The notes under the pieces: model-generated
The model's database searches: none
What the model saw: only the letters and a program-made list of their open reading frames with translations
Told to the model about the DNA's origin: nothing
DNA from: Octopus bimaculoides
Lineage: Eukaryota
DNA length: 64,000 nucleotides
Direction: 5' to 3'
Assembly (NCBI RefSeq): GCF_001194135.2
Contig: NC_068982.1
Coordinates: forward strand, 46,660,202 to 46,724,201
Shown: positions 11,428 through 24,699 of the stretch, in pieces
How positions within the stretch are numbered: position 1 is the stretch's first letter
Layout: each line of letters begins with the position of its first letter
Position numbers and translations under genes: made by a program

Positions 11428-12499
11428 ATACAATGATTATAATGTAAGTTTATCTATATATATGTAACTGAAATTACAAACAACCATTTGGATCAATCTA
11501 AAATGATAGTAAAATTAAGATTTTTATATAGGCTTAAAAACATGTTGCGTTATTCTTCAGTTTGAACATCGTCACCATCATCTCTCAACAGTTCTTAATC
11601 ACTCTAATAATGCTGAAAACCTCTTTTCCAACTTGTATTCATCATTAAGATTAGATTCACTCTTTCATCACTTCCACTTGCTAGTCTTACCTTCTTTGTC
11701 ATTTAAATATTGTTACAGCATTTATTGCATGAAAAGGATGAAGAAACATTGTTCATGTACAGCAAGGAGAACAAACCATATTTCCTTCAAATGTTACTAT
11801 TTTATAATTTTTGTGTTTTCTTATAAATATTTAGGAGCTTTTATTCTTTGAGAGGGTCATAATACGAATAAATACATGCATTGTGTGTAGTTCACTTCCG
11901 TTTTTATTTTACTGTTGATTAATTTCTCAGAAATTGTTCATCACACTAATGTAACTTTTTCAATGAATTTAGATTCTACAATTTATTTTCTTGTGCATAT
12001 TATGCAGCCAAGCTTCGTCTCTATGTTGTCAAGCATCTGTATTTTATTTTCATTGCATCTTTATAATTTTTATTTTTATTTGTCCGTTTTTTTTTTTTTT
12101 TTGGTTTTTGTAGATCCCACAAGAAGAATTTATGTGAGTGCATGTGCATGAGTGTGTGTGTGTGTGTGGGGGGAGGTAACTGAATTTTGTCGGGTTTAAT
12201 TCCACTTTATACTCATTCTTCCATTACAATGGTGATGGCAGTAGTCAATGCTATTGGTGTGTTGTAACTCTACTGATCCCTTCTATTGAGGATGTGTGCT
12301 GAATCAGAAACTATATCCTCTGTAACCTATTATAGAATCAGGTCTTTTGGGTGTATGGTAAGAGTTACATTTCTGCATTGTTTATTGACCCATTGTTTTT
12401 CTGTATGACGATGTTGGTAAAGATATTTTTTTGTTCATCATATTCACTCCAGTGTTCCCTAATTCTTTAACTTATACTTAGGCTATTTCTCCAATATGG

Positions 12500-12770
12500 A
12501 TTGTTGTAGTGGTTTGAATAACAGAACATCTAGCTATGTCAAGGAAAGGAGAGAAGCTACTGATTTAGAACAAGGGGAATAGAAAGGAAATTGGAAAAGA
12601 GTGCCCAGTAGAACTGTTACAACAGGTTTGCCTCCTTGGCACGGCCAGAATAATCGGGAAAGTATTAGATAGCTGAAAAGAATGGATAGCATGATACTGT
12701 AGGCTGCAGGTAACAAGCCCACAATGTATGTAAGAGTCCAGGAGCTCCAACAAAACATGTGATAAAGAGA
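12500..12770 (+). mobile_element. 3' end of a second REL-type LINE family, with a (TAA)n tail
   Basis: ...IECPVELLQQVCLLGTARIIGKVLDS* followed by a short UTR that differs from the Dong-like copies, then the TAA array. Confidence 0.55.
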
Positions 12771-12823
<53 letters not shown>

Positions 12824-14024
12824 GGGGTCTTATACAGCTAGAAAACTATTATAAAATAACCACCATAGGACTGCAAAAATACCTACTCCAGAAGCAAGGG
12901 AAACTAATACAAATAGCCACAAAACACGAGCAAAACAAAAAACTGTTTTCAGTATTTAAGGAAGCTGACAAATACAAACAAGAAATCAATCTACCTAACA
13001 AATACGAAGAAGAAGAAGAANNNNNNNNNNNNNNNNNNNNNNNNNNNNNNNNNNNNNNNNNNNNNNNNNNNNNNNNNNNNNNNNNNNNNNNNNNNNNNNN
13101 NNNNNNNNNNNNNNNNNNNNNNNNNNNNNNNNNNNNNNNNNNNNNNNNNNNNNNNNNNNNNNNNNNNNNNNNNNNNNNNNNNNNNNNNNNNNNNNNNNNN
13201 NNNNNNNNNNNNNNNNNNNNNNNNNNNNNNNNNNNNNNNNNNNNNNNNNNNNNNNNNNNNNNNNNNNNNNNNNNNNNNNNNNNNNNNNNNNNNNNNNNNN
13301 NNNNNNNNNNNNNNNNNNNNNNNNNNNNNNNNNNNNNNNNNNNNNNNNNNNNNNNNNNNNNNNNNNNNNNNNNNNNNNNNNNNNNNNNNNNNNNNNNNNN
13401 NNNNNNNNNNNNNNNNNNNNNNNNNNNNNNNNNNNNNNNNNNNNNNNNNNNNNNNNNNNNNNNNNNNNNNNNNNNNNNNNNNNNNNNNNNNNNNNNNNNN
13501 NNNNNNNNNNNNNNNNNNNNNNNNNNNNNNNNNNNNNNNNNNNNNNNNNNNNNNNNNNNNNNNNNNNNNNNNNNNNNNNNNNNNNNNNNNNNNNNNNNNN
13601 NNNNNNNNNNNNNNNNNNNNNNNNNNNNNNNNNNNNNNNNNNNNNNNNNNNNNNNNNNNNNNNNNNNNNNNNNNNNNNNNNNNNNNNNNNNNNNNNNNNN
13701 AAATGGAAAAACTTTCAAAATACAAAGACCTGGAAATAGAGATAACTCGAATGTGGAATCTAAAAACAGAAACAATTCCTATCATAGTAGGTGCCTTAGG
13801 TATAATAAAAAAATATTCAGACAAATACATAACAAAAACACCAGGACTTACAAATATATATAACATACAGAAAATTGCACTACTGGGCACTGCACACATT
13901 CTACGCAAAACACTTTCAATACAGTAAACATAAGAGCACCACAGCAAACCACAGCACATACCCAAGGCGCACAGAGCTGCGCTCGGTAGTGAAGTGAAAG
14001 CACGTTATAAAAATAAAACTACTG
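12824..14024 (+). mobile_element. 5'-truncated R4/Dong-like REL retrotransposon, interrupted by a gap
   Basis: GLIQLENYYKITTIGLQKYL... before the gap and MEKLSKYKDLEIEITRMW...ALLGTAHILRKTLSIQ* after it. Flanked by (TAA)n at 12771-12823 and 14025-14045. Confidence 0.88.
13021..13700. other. Assembly gap (largest). Others: 5604-5704, 19962-19971, 31740-31830, 35535-35876, 43505-43880, 57486-57495
   Basis: Runs of N, mostly bordered by (TA)n or other simple repeats. Confidence 1.
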
Positions 14025-15123
14025 AATAATAATAATAATAATAATGAACTGAACTTCTCACCTAGCTGTAAAAAGATACAATATATACTGGATATTACTG
14101 CATTAAGAAGTAGAAATACTCGAATGATCATTGAATTCCAGTCTTTATGCTGTTAAAGCCTAAAAAGTTATGGTCACTAATCTATCTATCCAGGTCAGGT
14201 AACTTGCTCAAACCAATGTAACTCTTTCACGCCAGATGTACTGATTGAGTGATGAGGCATGAAAGTTACATTAATCTTTCAGAAGCTAATATCTCATCTG
14301 CACATACCATCACTACAGATGATAGCAGTAGTTTGCAAACTGAACTGGTTGATCCTGGTCATTGACAGTTTATTGTCTGTTCATCTGCTCAGCATCTTGT
14401 GATATTTGCCTTTGATTTCAATATGATTCATTTGCTGAAACAGTTCACACCCACCATGCTGCATCCCATGATTTCAACATACCCTGGCTCAGGTGGTTAC
14501 ATGCTATTTAATACATAGTTGGAACCCTGACAAATGAACAACTCTGGATCAGAGCAGAGCTGAGATCAATAGTGCAGGCCCATTGCCAAACTTTGGTGCC
14601 TAGGGGTGGGTGCTTCAGAATATTCTGGGTAGGTACTAATTTGTAATAATGCTAAAGCAGAATTTCGAAATAAATGTATCAGTGTAAATCTGAGGGTGTA
14701 CCATTGAATAGTGAGGGTGTACCATTGAAATCTGAGGGTGTACCATTAAGGGACAGTGCTGTCCAGTGCTGTCCCTTAGTGACAGGCATGCAATAGTGAC
14801 TAAGAATTGGTTCAACATTCCTCAAAAGCGTAGAACTTCTGAACCAGGGTCCAACTACTGGATACAGTTTAAGTTGGCCTAATTATGACACATGAAGACA
14901 AATTATGCGGGAAAGTTTCAGCATTCCACTGGATCATTATTAAGTTTATTAATTCCAAATTTCAACCACAGGAGATATTCGTAAAGATCCTGCATTGTAA
15001 AACAAATCAAGATGAAATTTATGCCAAAAAGCAATTAATTAGACACATTTTTACAAAGGTAATTCTCCAGCAAGACTGCAGTCCAGTGTCTGAAACAAAA
15101 CAAAAGATAAAAGATATACTTAC

Positions 15124-15345
15124 TTGAACAACTAATTGTTTGTCATGTTTCTCATGACTTGGTGAAGTTTCACTGTTCCGATGTATGTTAAGCAGTCGAT
15201 AGACAATGTTAGCAACACCAAGCCCTCGAACAAGAGTGTCGCGTTGGACTAAAGCACTTACTCGAATCAGCTCTTCATCATCACGGATTTCATCAGGTTT
15301 AGAACTATCATACCCACCTTCAAATTTCTCTTCTTTGGTCATAGA
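15124..15345 (-). CDS. TTLL6: TTLL6/13-like C-terminal-region exon
   Basis: Acceptor attttacAG|TCT, donor CAA|GTAAGT, 74 codons. Encodes SMTKEEKFEGGYDSSKPDEIRDDEELIRVSALVQRDTLVRGLGVANIVYRLL, resembling the EEE.ER...L.QR..L.R.LG block of TTLL6/13 C-termini. Confidence 0.82.
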
Positions 15346-16339
15346 CTGTAAAATAATAATTGCCCAATACATGCCTTGATGGCTTTCTCTTATCAATATT
15401 TTAATTCTGGTTAAAACAATTCCTTTCTGCATATTTTTTAAACTCTGGAACTCTCTTTCAGAATGTCAACCATAAACCCTTAAATGCTGGACATCATCAA
15501 TTGATGTTTCGTTAGAGAACAGCAAACATCATTAACTGATATCTCAAAAATTTCACATGGAAACAACCATCATCAAAGGGAAGTGAATACTTTATGGGAC
15601 TTTTCAGTAATGAAATTGTAAATTTTATTGTGCAAGAGGCAAACAAATATAATAGTTTTTATACTTGTTTAACTTTTAACACACTGCATTTTCTCTAGAA
15701 TTGTTTTTCCTGACAAACTGCCCTGTTACTACTGGGGAGAGAATTCATATGGTGACATAATGCACCTACAGTATGCTAAAGGTTAACCCATTAGTATTTA
15801 AACCAGCCATACCTGGCCCAGATATCCTCCCTGTTTTATGTTCAAACTGGCCAGATCTGGCCTTTCAGGCTTACCCTGCAATGTCTTGCTAAAAATACTT
15901 TCCACTATAGGCACAAGGCCTGAATTTTTGGTGGAGGGGGCTAATCAATCACATCGACCCAGTGCTCCACTGGTACTTATTTAATCAATCCTGAAAGAAT
16001 GAAAGGCAGGGTCAGCCATGGCGGAATTTGAACTCAGAATGTAAAGACAGACGAAATGCCACTAAGCATTTTGTCCAGAGTGCTAATGAGTTTGCCAGCT
16101 CGCCACCTTAAAAGAATAATTGCTGCAAGCATTCTGAAAATAAACATGATTAGTTCAAAACAACGTGAATAAATAAGCATTACATTTAGCAGAGTAATCT
16201 GAATGCTAAAGGAATAAACTAAAAACAAGTATAAAAATAACCCTTAAGAAAAAAAAAATTGTTTTTGTTTTTTGCCCATTTTGTACACATATTCATGCAA
16301 GCATTTCTCACCATTTAAGGTTCAATATATGTGCATTTT

Positions 16340-16555
16340 AAGGTGGCAAGCTTGCAGAAACATTAGCACGCCAGGCAAAATGCTTAGTGGTATTTCATCT
16401 GTCTTTACATTATGAGTTCAAATTCTGTCAAGTTCAACTTTGCCTTTCATCCTTTCAGGGTCAATAAATTAAGTACCAGTTGCATACTGGGGTCGATCTA
16501 ATCGACTGGACCCCAGCCCAAAAATTTCGGGCTTTGTGCCTAGAGTAGAAAAGAA
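16340..16555 (+). mobile_element. tRNA-headed SINE, family B (AAGGCGGCGAGCTGGCAGAA)
   Basis: Shared TTCAAATTC..GAGGTC.ACTTTGCCTTTCATCC..GGGGTC.ATAAATTAAGTACCAG body. Copies at about 1880, 15900, 17915, 18145, 27785, 36050, 41245, 46363, 51588, 60235, 63510 and 63805. Confidence 0.85.
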
Positions 16556-18540
16556 TATATGTGCAGTTTAATTGTTTAGTACCCATCACTTTTAAAGCAC
16601 TGAAAAACTATGGCCTTACTCTAAGCATGTCTTAAGTATCCTTTATTCTTTAACCCTTTAGCATTCAGATGTTACTCTGTCAAATGCAATGCTTATTTAT
16701 TCACATTGTTTTGAATTAATCATGTATTATCTCATAGCTTCGAGAGGTCAATGATGTGATTGTTTATTTTCAGAATGATATTGTAGAATAGGTGTGAGAT
16801 GATGGATGTGGCTAGTCTCACTATAAAACAGATACAATATTTGGGCTGGATGTGGCCGGTTTAAATACTACAGAGTAAAGTATGCATAAGCATGTGCTTT
16901 AAATGTATTTAAAGTAAAAGAAAAGTCACATGGGAAATTCACTTAAAAACAATGAATCCAGTTAAAATTTTTCTCAACAAAATTCTCATAAATATATCGA
17001 AAAATTCAAATGTATTCATGTTCCAGCTTCTAAAAATGAAACTGGAAAATTTTTGTCATGATTTGAGCCACATACATACAATACAAAAGATGTACTAATT
17101 TTTCTGTCTGATTTTTCACCTGAATCATTTCCTTGATGGTACATTAGTTAGTTTGCAAGATCTGTTTCATAAACAGGGAATTAAGGGAAATTTTACAAGA
17201 GTCACACAACCTACAGTTTTTACTGAGTTAGTTGTATTTCTTTTATAAACTGTAAATGAATAGAACATGCTGATCTGATCCTAAAATAGAATCAGATTTT
17301 CAGCTCCTCTTCACTTTATTACTCTGTCTTTTAACTCCTTAAATTTACAGTGTGTTTTGTTGTTCTTCTGAATGTACTCAGCTCCAAGCTCCTACCACGA
17401 ATATATTATCAATGCCTTACTTTAACTTCCATTTGCCATGAAAGGTTTTTTTTTTTGTGAAGTAGGTATTTTAAACACTATTTTGAAAGTTGCTGACATC
17501 ATAAGAATTTATGAGCTTTTGAGAGAACATGAAACAATTCTTTTATGGAATAGTGTATCTTGAAGCACTTAGGGTAAAGGACAAAGACTCCCTTCAGTCA
17601 TGAATGACCATGGGATTGCACCTAGAATGTTATCCTCTGAGGCACAAGTTCAGACAAGGTTGTTTATAGAAGACCAGCAGTCGCCCATGCATACTAGCAT
17701 CCCCTCTCCACACCACCAATGTTATCCAAGGGAGAGACAAAGGCTGATATAGCTTGGTAGCAGTGATGTCACAACTCATTTCAACAGCTGAGCAAACTGG
17801 AGCAATGTGGAATAAAGTATATTGCTCAAGAAAACAACACACAGCCCAATCCAAAAATCAAACTCAGCACCTCATGATTGTGAGCTCAATGCTTTAACCA
17901 CTGAGCCATGAAAGGTTTCAAATTTTGGCACAAGGCCAGCAATTTTGGAGGTTGCGTTGAGTTGGTTACATTGACCCCAGTGCTCAGCTGATATTTATTT
18001 TATCGACCCTAAAAGGATTAAAAGCAAAGTCAACCTTGCCAGAATTTGAACTTAGAACATAAAGATGGACAAAATGCCGTTAAGCATTTTGTCCATCATA
18101 CTACTCACTCAGCCAGCTTTTGCCTCCTATGCAAACCCATAAATAATCCTTTCTACTATAAGCTCAAGGCTTGAATTTTTGTGAGAGGGGCTAGTCAGTT
18201 CCACTGATCCCAGTGCGTAACTGGTACTTAGTTCATCAACCTTGAAAGGATGAAAAGCGAAGTTGACCTCAGCAGAATCTGAACTCCTATTGTAAAGATG
18301 GACAAAATGCTGCAAAGCATTTTGCCTGGCATGCTAATGATTATGCCAGTTGGCTGCCTTGAAACCCATTAATAACAACATGGAAATATTGGGTTGTAAA
18401 CATGTCTCTCAAACAGCCTTGGACTTTTGCTATCCAAACAGGATTTTTCAACCCAATGGGGCTTTATGTACTTCAAGATTCACTATTATATAAGCTTATG
18501 TGCTGCAGACAAATTGTTTGTTTTGCCTTTTTACTTACTA

Positions 18541-18988
18541 TCTTTTATCTTTTAATATTTACTTGTTTCAGTCAGTAGACTGTAGCCATGCTGAGGCACC
18601 GCCTTCAATTTTAGTCGAATGAATTGACCCCAGTACTTATTTTTTTTTAAAGTCGGGTACTTACTCTATCAGTCCCTTTTGTTGAACTGTTAAGTTATGG
18701 GGATGTAAACACACCAACACCAGTTGTCAAGTGGTGTTGGGGGTCGTGGCAGACAAACACAGACATAAAGAGACTCATACATAGACACACACACACACAC
18801 ACACACAAAACACATATACACACAATGAGCTTCTTTCAGTTTCCGTTTACCAAATCCACTCACAAGGCTTTGGTCAGCCCGAGGCTATAGTAGAAGACAC
18901 TTTCCCAAGGTGACACACAGTGGGACTGAATCCAGAATCATGTGGTTGGGAAGCAAGCTTCTTACCACACAGCCACACCTGCACCTCT
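18541..18988 (-). mobile_element. tRNA-headed SINE, family A (GGCTGTGTGGTAAGAAGCTTGCTTCCCAACCAC), full length
   Basis: Has the head, the CACCTTGGGAAAGTGTCTTCTACTATAGCC body, an internal (CA)n tract and the ACTGAAACAAGTAAA tail. There are at least 12 other full or partial copies, e.g. 5425, 25772, 27955, 36990, 39575, 50900, 53525, 56230, 57110. Confidence 0.85.
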
Positions 18989-19060
18989 ATTAGATATGAA
19001 TAAATTCATAACAATATTCCAAATAACAGAATGACACTTTTGGTTCCTTAAACTGCCTAC

Positions 19061-19241
19061 CTTTCTTTTATGGAGTGCACATATCTTCCTTCTGTTAGCA
19101 TTTGGTCCAGTGTGTTTTTTTGACTGTTTCTTGGGCATAGGACTTTCCGGACGCAAGTTTAGATTGGTATCCTTCTTTTTAATTTTCGATATAAACTCAT
19201 TGTTTTCATTCTGTTTTTTTAAAAGATCTTCTCTTTGCTGC
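19061..19241 (-). CDS. TTLL6: TTLL6/13-like exon (QQREDLL...LRPESP); only its 3' part appears in the ORF track
   Basis: Acceptor gatttcAG|G completes AG+G Arg. Open frame QQREDLLKKQNENNEFISKIKKKDTNLNLRPESPMPKKQ...HKRK. Donor AAG|GTAGGC. 181 nt; phase 2 in and phase 0 out fit both neighbouring exons. Confidence 0.85.
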
Positions 19242-19919
19242 CTGAAATCACCAAAAATAACAGAAGAAATGAAAGATGGTTTTCTAATTCGGATTTCAAA
19301 CTATATCTTTCAGTTTGAAAATGACTATGTTAACAAACTGAAAAACATGAAAAAAAAAAAAAAATCTTTAACAAGTGAAATATAGTTAACTAACAAAAAT
19401 GGAATTGAAGACTATAATATCTATTTCTGCTGTTTCCATTAAAAAAAAAAACCATTCATAGAAAAGTTGTAATTAAAAAGTACTGCTGTATGGTAGATCT
19501 CAACAAAGGATGAATGGGTTAAAGATTTTAAAGCACAATTTTGGCTCCTTATAATTATGATTACTGAATCATGCTGTCAGCTCTATATAACTGAACATGT
19601 TATCAGCTTTTTGTGTTGCATGTTATCGGCTTCCCCTGTACGTTGATAAAATGTATATCAGTTAAAATGCAAAGGTAATTAACTAAGAGCATGGTGGCCT
19701 GACATACAGCAAAGTGGTTTGATATAAGATTGTAGCTTTGTAGCAGCTATTGATATACTGTTTTCTAGATCACATTAATAAGATCAAAAGAGAGAAATGA
19801 AATGTTAGAAAAACTAAAATATACATTAAAATATCGCACAGACTTTCTAATATATACATATACTATGTGTGTGTGTGTGTGTGTATATGTATGTGTGTAT
19901 ATATGTATGTATGGGTATT

Positions 19920-19961
<42 letters not shown>

Positions 19962-19971
19962 NNNNNNNNNN

Positions 19972-20007
<36 letters not shown>

Positions 20008-23000
20008 GCACACACACACATTACTATTAACTGCTGGGCTAAGTGAAGACCTATAAACAAACTTGCTTCATGGATGATTCAAATTTTTTTTCTGCTATTG
20101 AATAATGCTTACTCAGTTTATGCCAGTATGCTTCTAATAAAAGTATTTAGTGTTATTCTTCTAAATGTGTGAACTAAACACTATAATGTAATTGCAACAT
20201 TGTATGATGTATTTCCTGCCAAGAATTACATCATGCCAAATTCTCATCATCTATCAATTTCCAGTTGTTCAAATACAACACCATCATCATCATCATTATC
20301 ATCATCATCATCATTTAAAGTCCGTTTTCCAGACTGGCATGAATTGGACGGTTTGACAGGAACTGGTAAGTCAGAAGACTGCACCAAGTTCTGCTATTTC
20401 TTTTGGTATGGTTTCTATAGCTGGATGCCCTTCCAAATGCCAACCACTTTACAGAGTGTGCCAGGTGCAGTTTATATGGCACCAGCAACAGTGAGGTCAC
20501 TCAGTAACTTGCAGAACAAGACCTCTCAATTGGGGGGGGGGGCAGTATTGAGAGACAGAGGTGATATTTTGCATTAGAAGGAAAAATGGAAAGAGAGAGA
20601 GAGGGGGGAGAGAGGGGGGGAGAGAGAGGAGAGAAAGATGGTGTAGATGTGAGAGAGAGGAGGCAGAGGTCGTACACAAAAGTTACAGGGTGGTGTATAT
20701 AGTGACGTGGACCAAAACAAAAAACAAAGTCATTCTATCAGGGTATGTTAATGCAAAACAAAACAACAGAAAGGCAACAATAACTGAAAATGAGTAATCA
20801 GAAACCATGGTAGCAGTAACAGCATCGTACTTCTTTCTCTATGTGTGAAACATAACATAACCAACAACAACAACACCATTTCCAACACCAGGTCCAATGA
20901 CTAACATCTTATTGACTACATCATGGTCAAGTGAGTAGAGGTCAAAGTTATGCTAATCACCTTATTCTAATCACAGTGAGGAAAGCTGAATGCTGGATAG
21001 ACTATCATAGGATACCAACAAATATCAGACTTGTACTTGTTAGATAATCTGGTTCACTGCATCTCGAGGTCAAATCCTTTTGAGGTCAACTTTGACTTAC
21101 ATTCATTCAGAAAGACAATGATCATTGGTAGCTGAGACTTGGTAGACTTCTTGGTGATTGAACAGCATAGCTCTATCTAGAGACCATAATATTTGCCCAG
21201 TAGGAGAATTTGGAGTTGATCCTTCTTTTTCCTTTTTCTCTCTCTGTAAGAAATTGGTTCTACTCAGACCTGGTGTAGGATGAGCCCCCACCATGTTTAG
21301 TTACTGAAGACATCATGCCATAAAAGAACCCCCTAAGACTCCATTAGGAATTGGGGACTCAGTGACAGAGGAAAGAAATACTAGAAACACAAATTTAGTT
21401 TAATCCTCAGTACCTTTGTTTTTGGAAAGCTTTCGCAATATTTCACAATGTTGTAATTTACTTAAAAAGAACATCACACATTTCTACTGTTAATTCCAAA
21501 CCATGTCAGTCCTTTCAATACATCAACATGTCACATGAGTTCTCTGAGTATTCTCACTCCCCACACAACTCCTTCCCCCACAAAGAAGAATATTTTCACT
21601 TTTGAGTTCAGATCTGACCAATACATTTTAAATCGAGATCTATAAAACCTTAATTCTATTTGACTGAAACCCATTTCAGGAAATTTGTATCTTAATGATT
21701 GTTGTTGCAGACCAATGATCCAAGTCAATCCAGCTATGACCATCCTAACCAATTCCTTTCTCAAAGACAGTACAACGTAATCTTAGAAAATCTGGCTATC
21801 ATTCTCACTAGATCAAATGATTATATTGAGGCTTTTTGTACAACAAAGGTAGAACAATTAGCTCTAAATTACGCTAATCTAGTATTTTTTTCTTTACATA
21901 TTCAGTACTATAAATTGCAAGAGTTAACTCAGTCAGTAAAGTTGCATATACCTCACTGGTTTTCCTTATCCAGGCAATGTCCAATAATTTATTACCTGTA
22001 ACAGATTGCCAGTTAGATTAAAACAAAAAAAAACAAAAAAAGAAAGAAATGGAATGCCTTGTTTTATGACTAACGACATATCAAATTAAATACCAATTTC
22101 CCTTTTATTGTTCACTTCTATGAATTATCTGCCATGGACCAAGCTTTTATAATTTTGTCACACTGAGGAATTCTTATATGGTTATGGGCCATAAGATCTA
22201 TAGATGAAAAGAAATTAGATTGAGCAACATTTATGTCTCTCTCAGTTGCTTTAAAAATGGAACTGAAGTGAACTGAGTACAGAGGAATAAGGAAACAATG
22301 TTTCAGACTTTAGTGCTCCAGGAATTTACTCCATCAACTATTGTATCTACCATTAATTTGTTCTATGATTCTCTTTTAAGCGTTTTTGTTTGTTATTTTT
22401 CTATTCAGTTAGCTTTCATTATCATCTCGCAGCACAAAAGCTAATTTGCAATAAACTCTGCTATAATTTCTCCCTGTTAAATGAAGGGCAACATGACATC
22501 TGGAAAAAAAAAACACATTTAAAAGTGAGTTTTTAAATGCTAGATTTTATAGTGCTAGGAAAAGGAAGACACCAACTCATTTTGTCAGCTTACTGGAAAA
22601 TTTGAGGTAGCTAACAGTTATTTGGACATAAGAAGTTTGACTTTGTGCAATAAGATAGCAATGAAATATTAACAAAACTTTAAATGTGACTTCAAAGTAA
22701 TAAAAAAATTTTTGCTAGCACAGGATGCTCTAAATGATAATTTATAGCCTCACCTTGCATGTAATATTAAATTATCTCTCAAGCACACTGAATATCAACT
22801 ATTCATGTACATTAAAAGATCTAGCATTAATCTCTTTTGTGTACTCATCAAAAATAATTTTATAACTAAGAGTTAATAGAAAAATGTTAGCCATTCAAAA
22901 CATCAAAGAGAATTCAGACGAAATTAAAAGAAAAGAAACAAAACCCCACCAAAAAAATTAACACACACACACACACACACATCAAGAATGTAAAATTCAT

Positions 23001-23330
23001 AAAAACAATTTCTTTCATTTAAGTGTTGCAAAAATGGGAGATAACTGTAGTATGCAATAAATGTTTAGCATATACCTCATTATTGATCAACTTTCAAAAA
23101 TACAAAATATGTATCATATACTTTCACAAAATAAGCACTATATACTTACAACTGATAGAACATCACATTAGTTTTCATTTAAAGACAAATAATAATGCAT
23201 GTGCCTGGTGTACCCTTATCAGATGGGTAGTCATGATGGGTATATTGGGCTTTGTATATTTGTACCCCAGTGTCACTTTGATGACATGTGCTGCTCTCTC
23301 ACTCAATAATAATAATAATAATAATAATAA

Positions 23331-23818
23331 GGTTACGAAAAAGGAGAAAGCAACCATACTCTGGGATATGCCAATACACACAGATAGAGAAATTAAGGCC
23401 AATAAGCCAGATATAGTTGTCAGAGATCATGAAGGAAAAAAATGCCTTCTAATTGATGTTTCAATACCAACAGATGACAACGTTTCTCTAAAAGAAATGG
23501 AGAAACTTTCAAAATACAAAGACCTGGAAATAGAGGTAACTCGAATGTGGATTCTAAAAGCAGAAACAATTCCTATCATAGTAGGCACCTTAGGTATAAT
23601 AAAAAAATATTCAGATAAATACATAACAAAAACACCAGGACTCACAAATATATATAAGATACAGAAAATTGCACTACTGGGCACTGCACACATCCTACGC
23701 AAAACACTTTCAATACAGTAACCATAAGAGCATCACAATAAACCACAGCACATACCAAAAGCACACAGAGCTGCGCTCGGTAGTGAAGTGTAAGCACGTT
23801 ATAAAAATAAAACTACTG
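23331..23818 (+). mobile_element. 5'-truncated R4/Dong-like REL retrotransposon
   Basis: Intact frame ATILWDMPIHTDREIKANKPDIVVRD...LIDVSIP...EKLSKYKDL (PD..D...K REL motif), with the stop at 23721. Flanked by (AAT)n at 23305-23330 and 23819-23843. Confidence 0.9.
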
Positions 23819-24699
23819 AATAATAATAATAATAATAATAATATTTAAGATTACATAACTTGATAGGGAGTCAATAAAATGATTCAGCATTAACAAGATC
23901 ATCACTCTTCAAATTAAGGAATACAACTACTATCAGGTTGTTTTGAAAATAATGGCCAATTTCAGAAACATAATTTTATTCTGGAAAAATTAACAATAGA
24001 AATGTTTTGATTAGTCAAAGTTTGAGCCGTGAACATCTACATATCTCTGCCATCAAAAGTTAAAGAAGTAATTTTAAATTCTCAACCGCAGGATAATGCT
24101 AATGATATAGCCTGAACAGGATAAACTACCCCTATTTTGCAGAAAAAAGTGTAGGTGGCCAGCTATGAGACTCGAACTCACACCTCCGTGGTTATATATT
24201 TGAATTTTTTCCTAATGTTTCAGCTTTATTTTTTCTTCTTGTTACATTGTACTGTTTAGGTATGCACATTTGGAACTTTATATAAAAAAAAAAATCTCTT
24301 TAAACTTTAAAATATTACATCTAATAATCATTTACAATGCTAATCACATGAGCAGAAACTAGATAGATGGTAGTCAATAAAAAGTAGCTATAGATCATGT
24401 ATAGAAAAATGATAATTTTCAAATAATTCAATAATATGCAAGAAATAAAATTAACTGACATAGAAATAGCTTGATGCGATATCATATTAATCATTTAAAA
24501 TGTAAAATTAGAGAACTGATGAGACACTACTAATTATTTTAACCTTGACTTTAAATCTGATTGAAAATTTTCCTTTGAATGGATGAAAATTTTAACAAGG
24601 TACTATATCTAGATGTTGGATGGGAAGCTAATCATTTGATTTGAAATTCCAGGAAAGAAACAGTAAGATAAATAAAGATAATTGGTTTTGCCTTGAATT

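Noticed and set aside
12849-13965. 308- and 324-aa minus-strand ORFs
   Set aside because: They consist mostly of N-gap codons and are antisense to a LINE.
23023-23330. N-terminal half of the 232-aa ORF as part of a host or LINE protein
   Set aside because: This is chance open flanking sequence running through the (AAT)n tract. LINE homology starts only at 23331.
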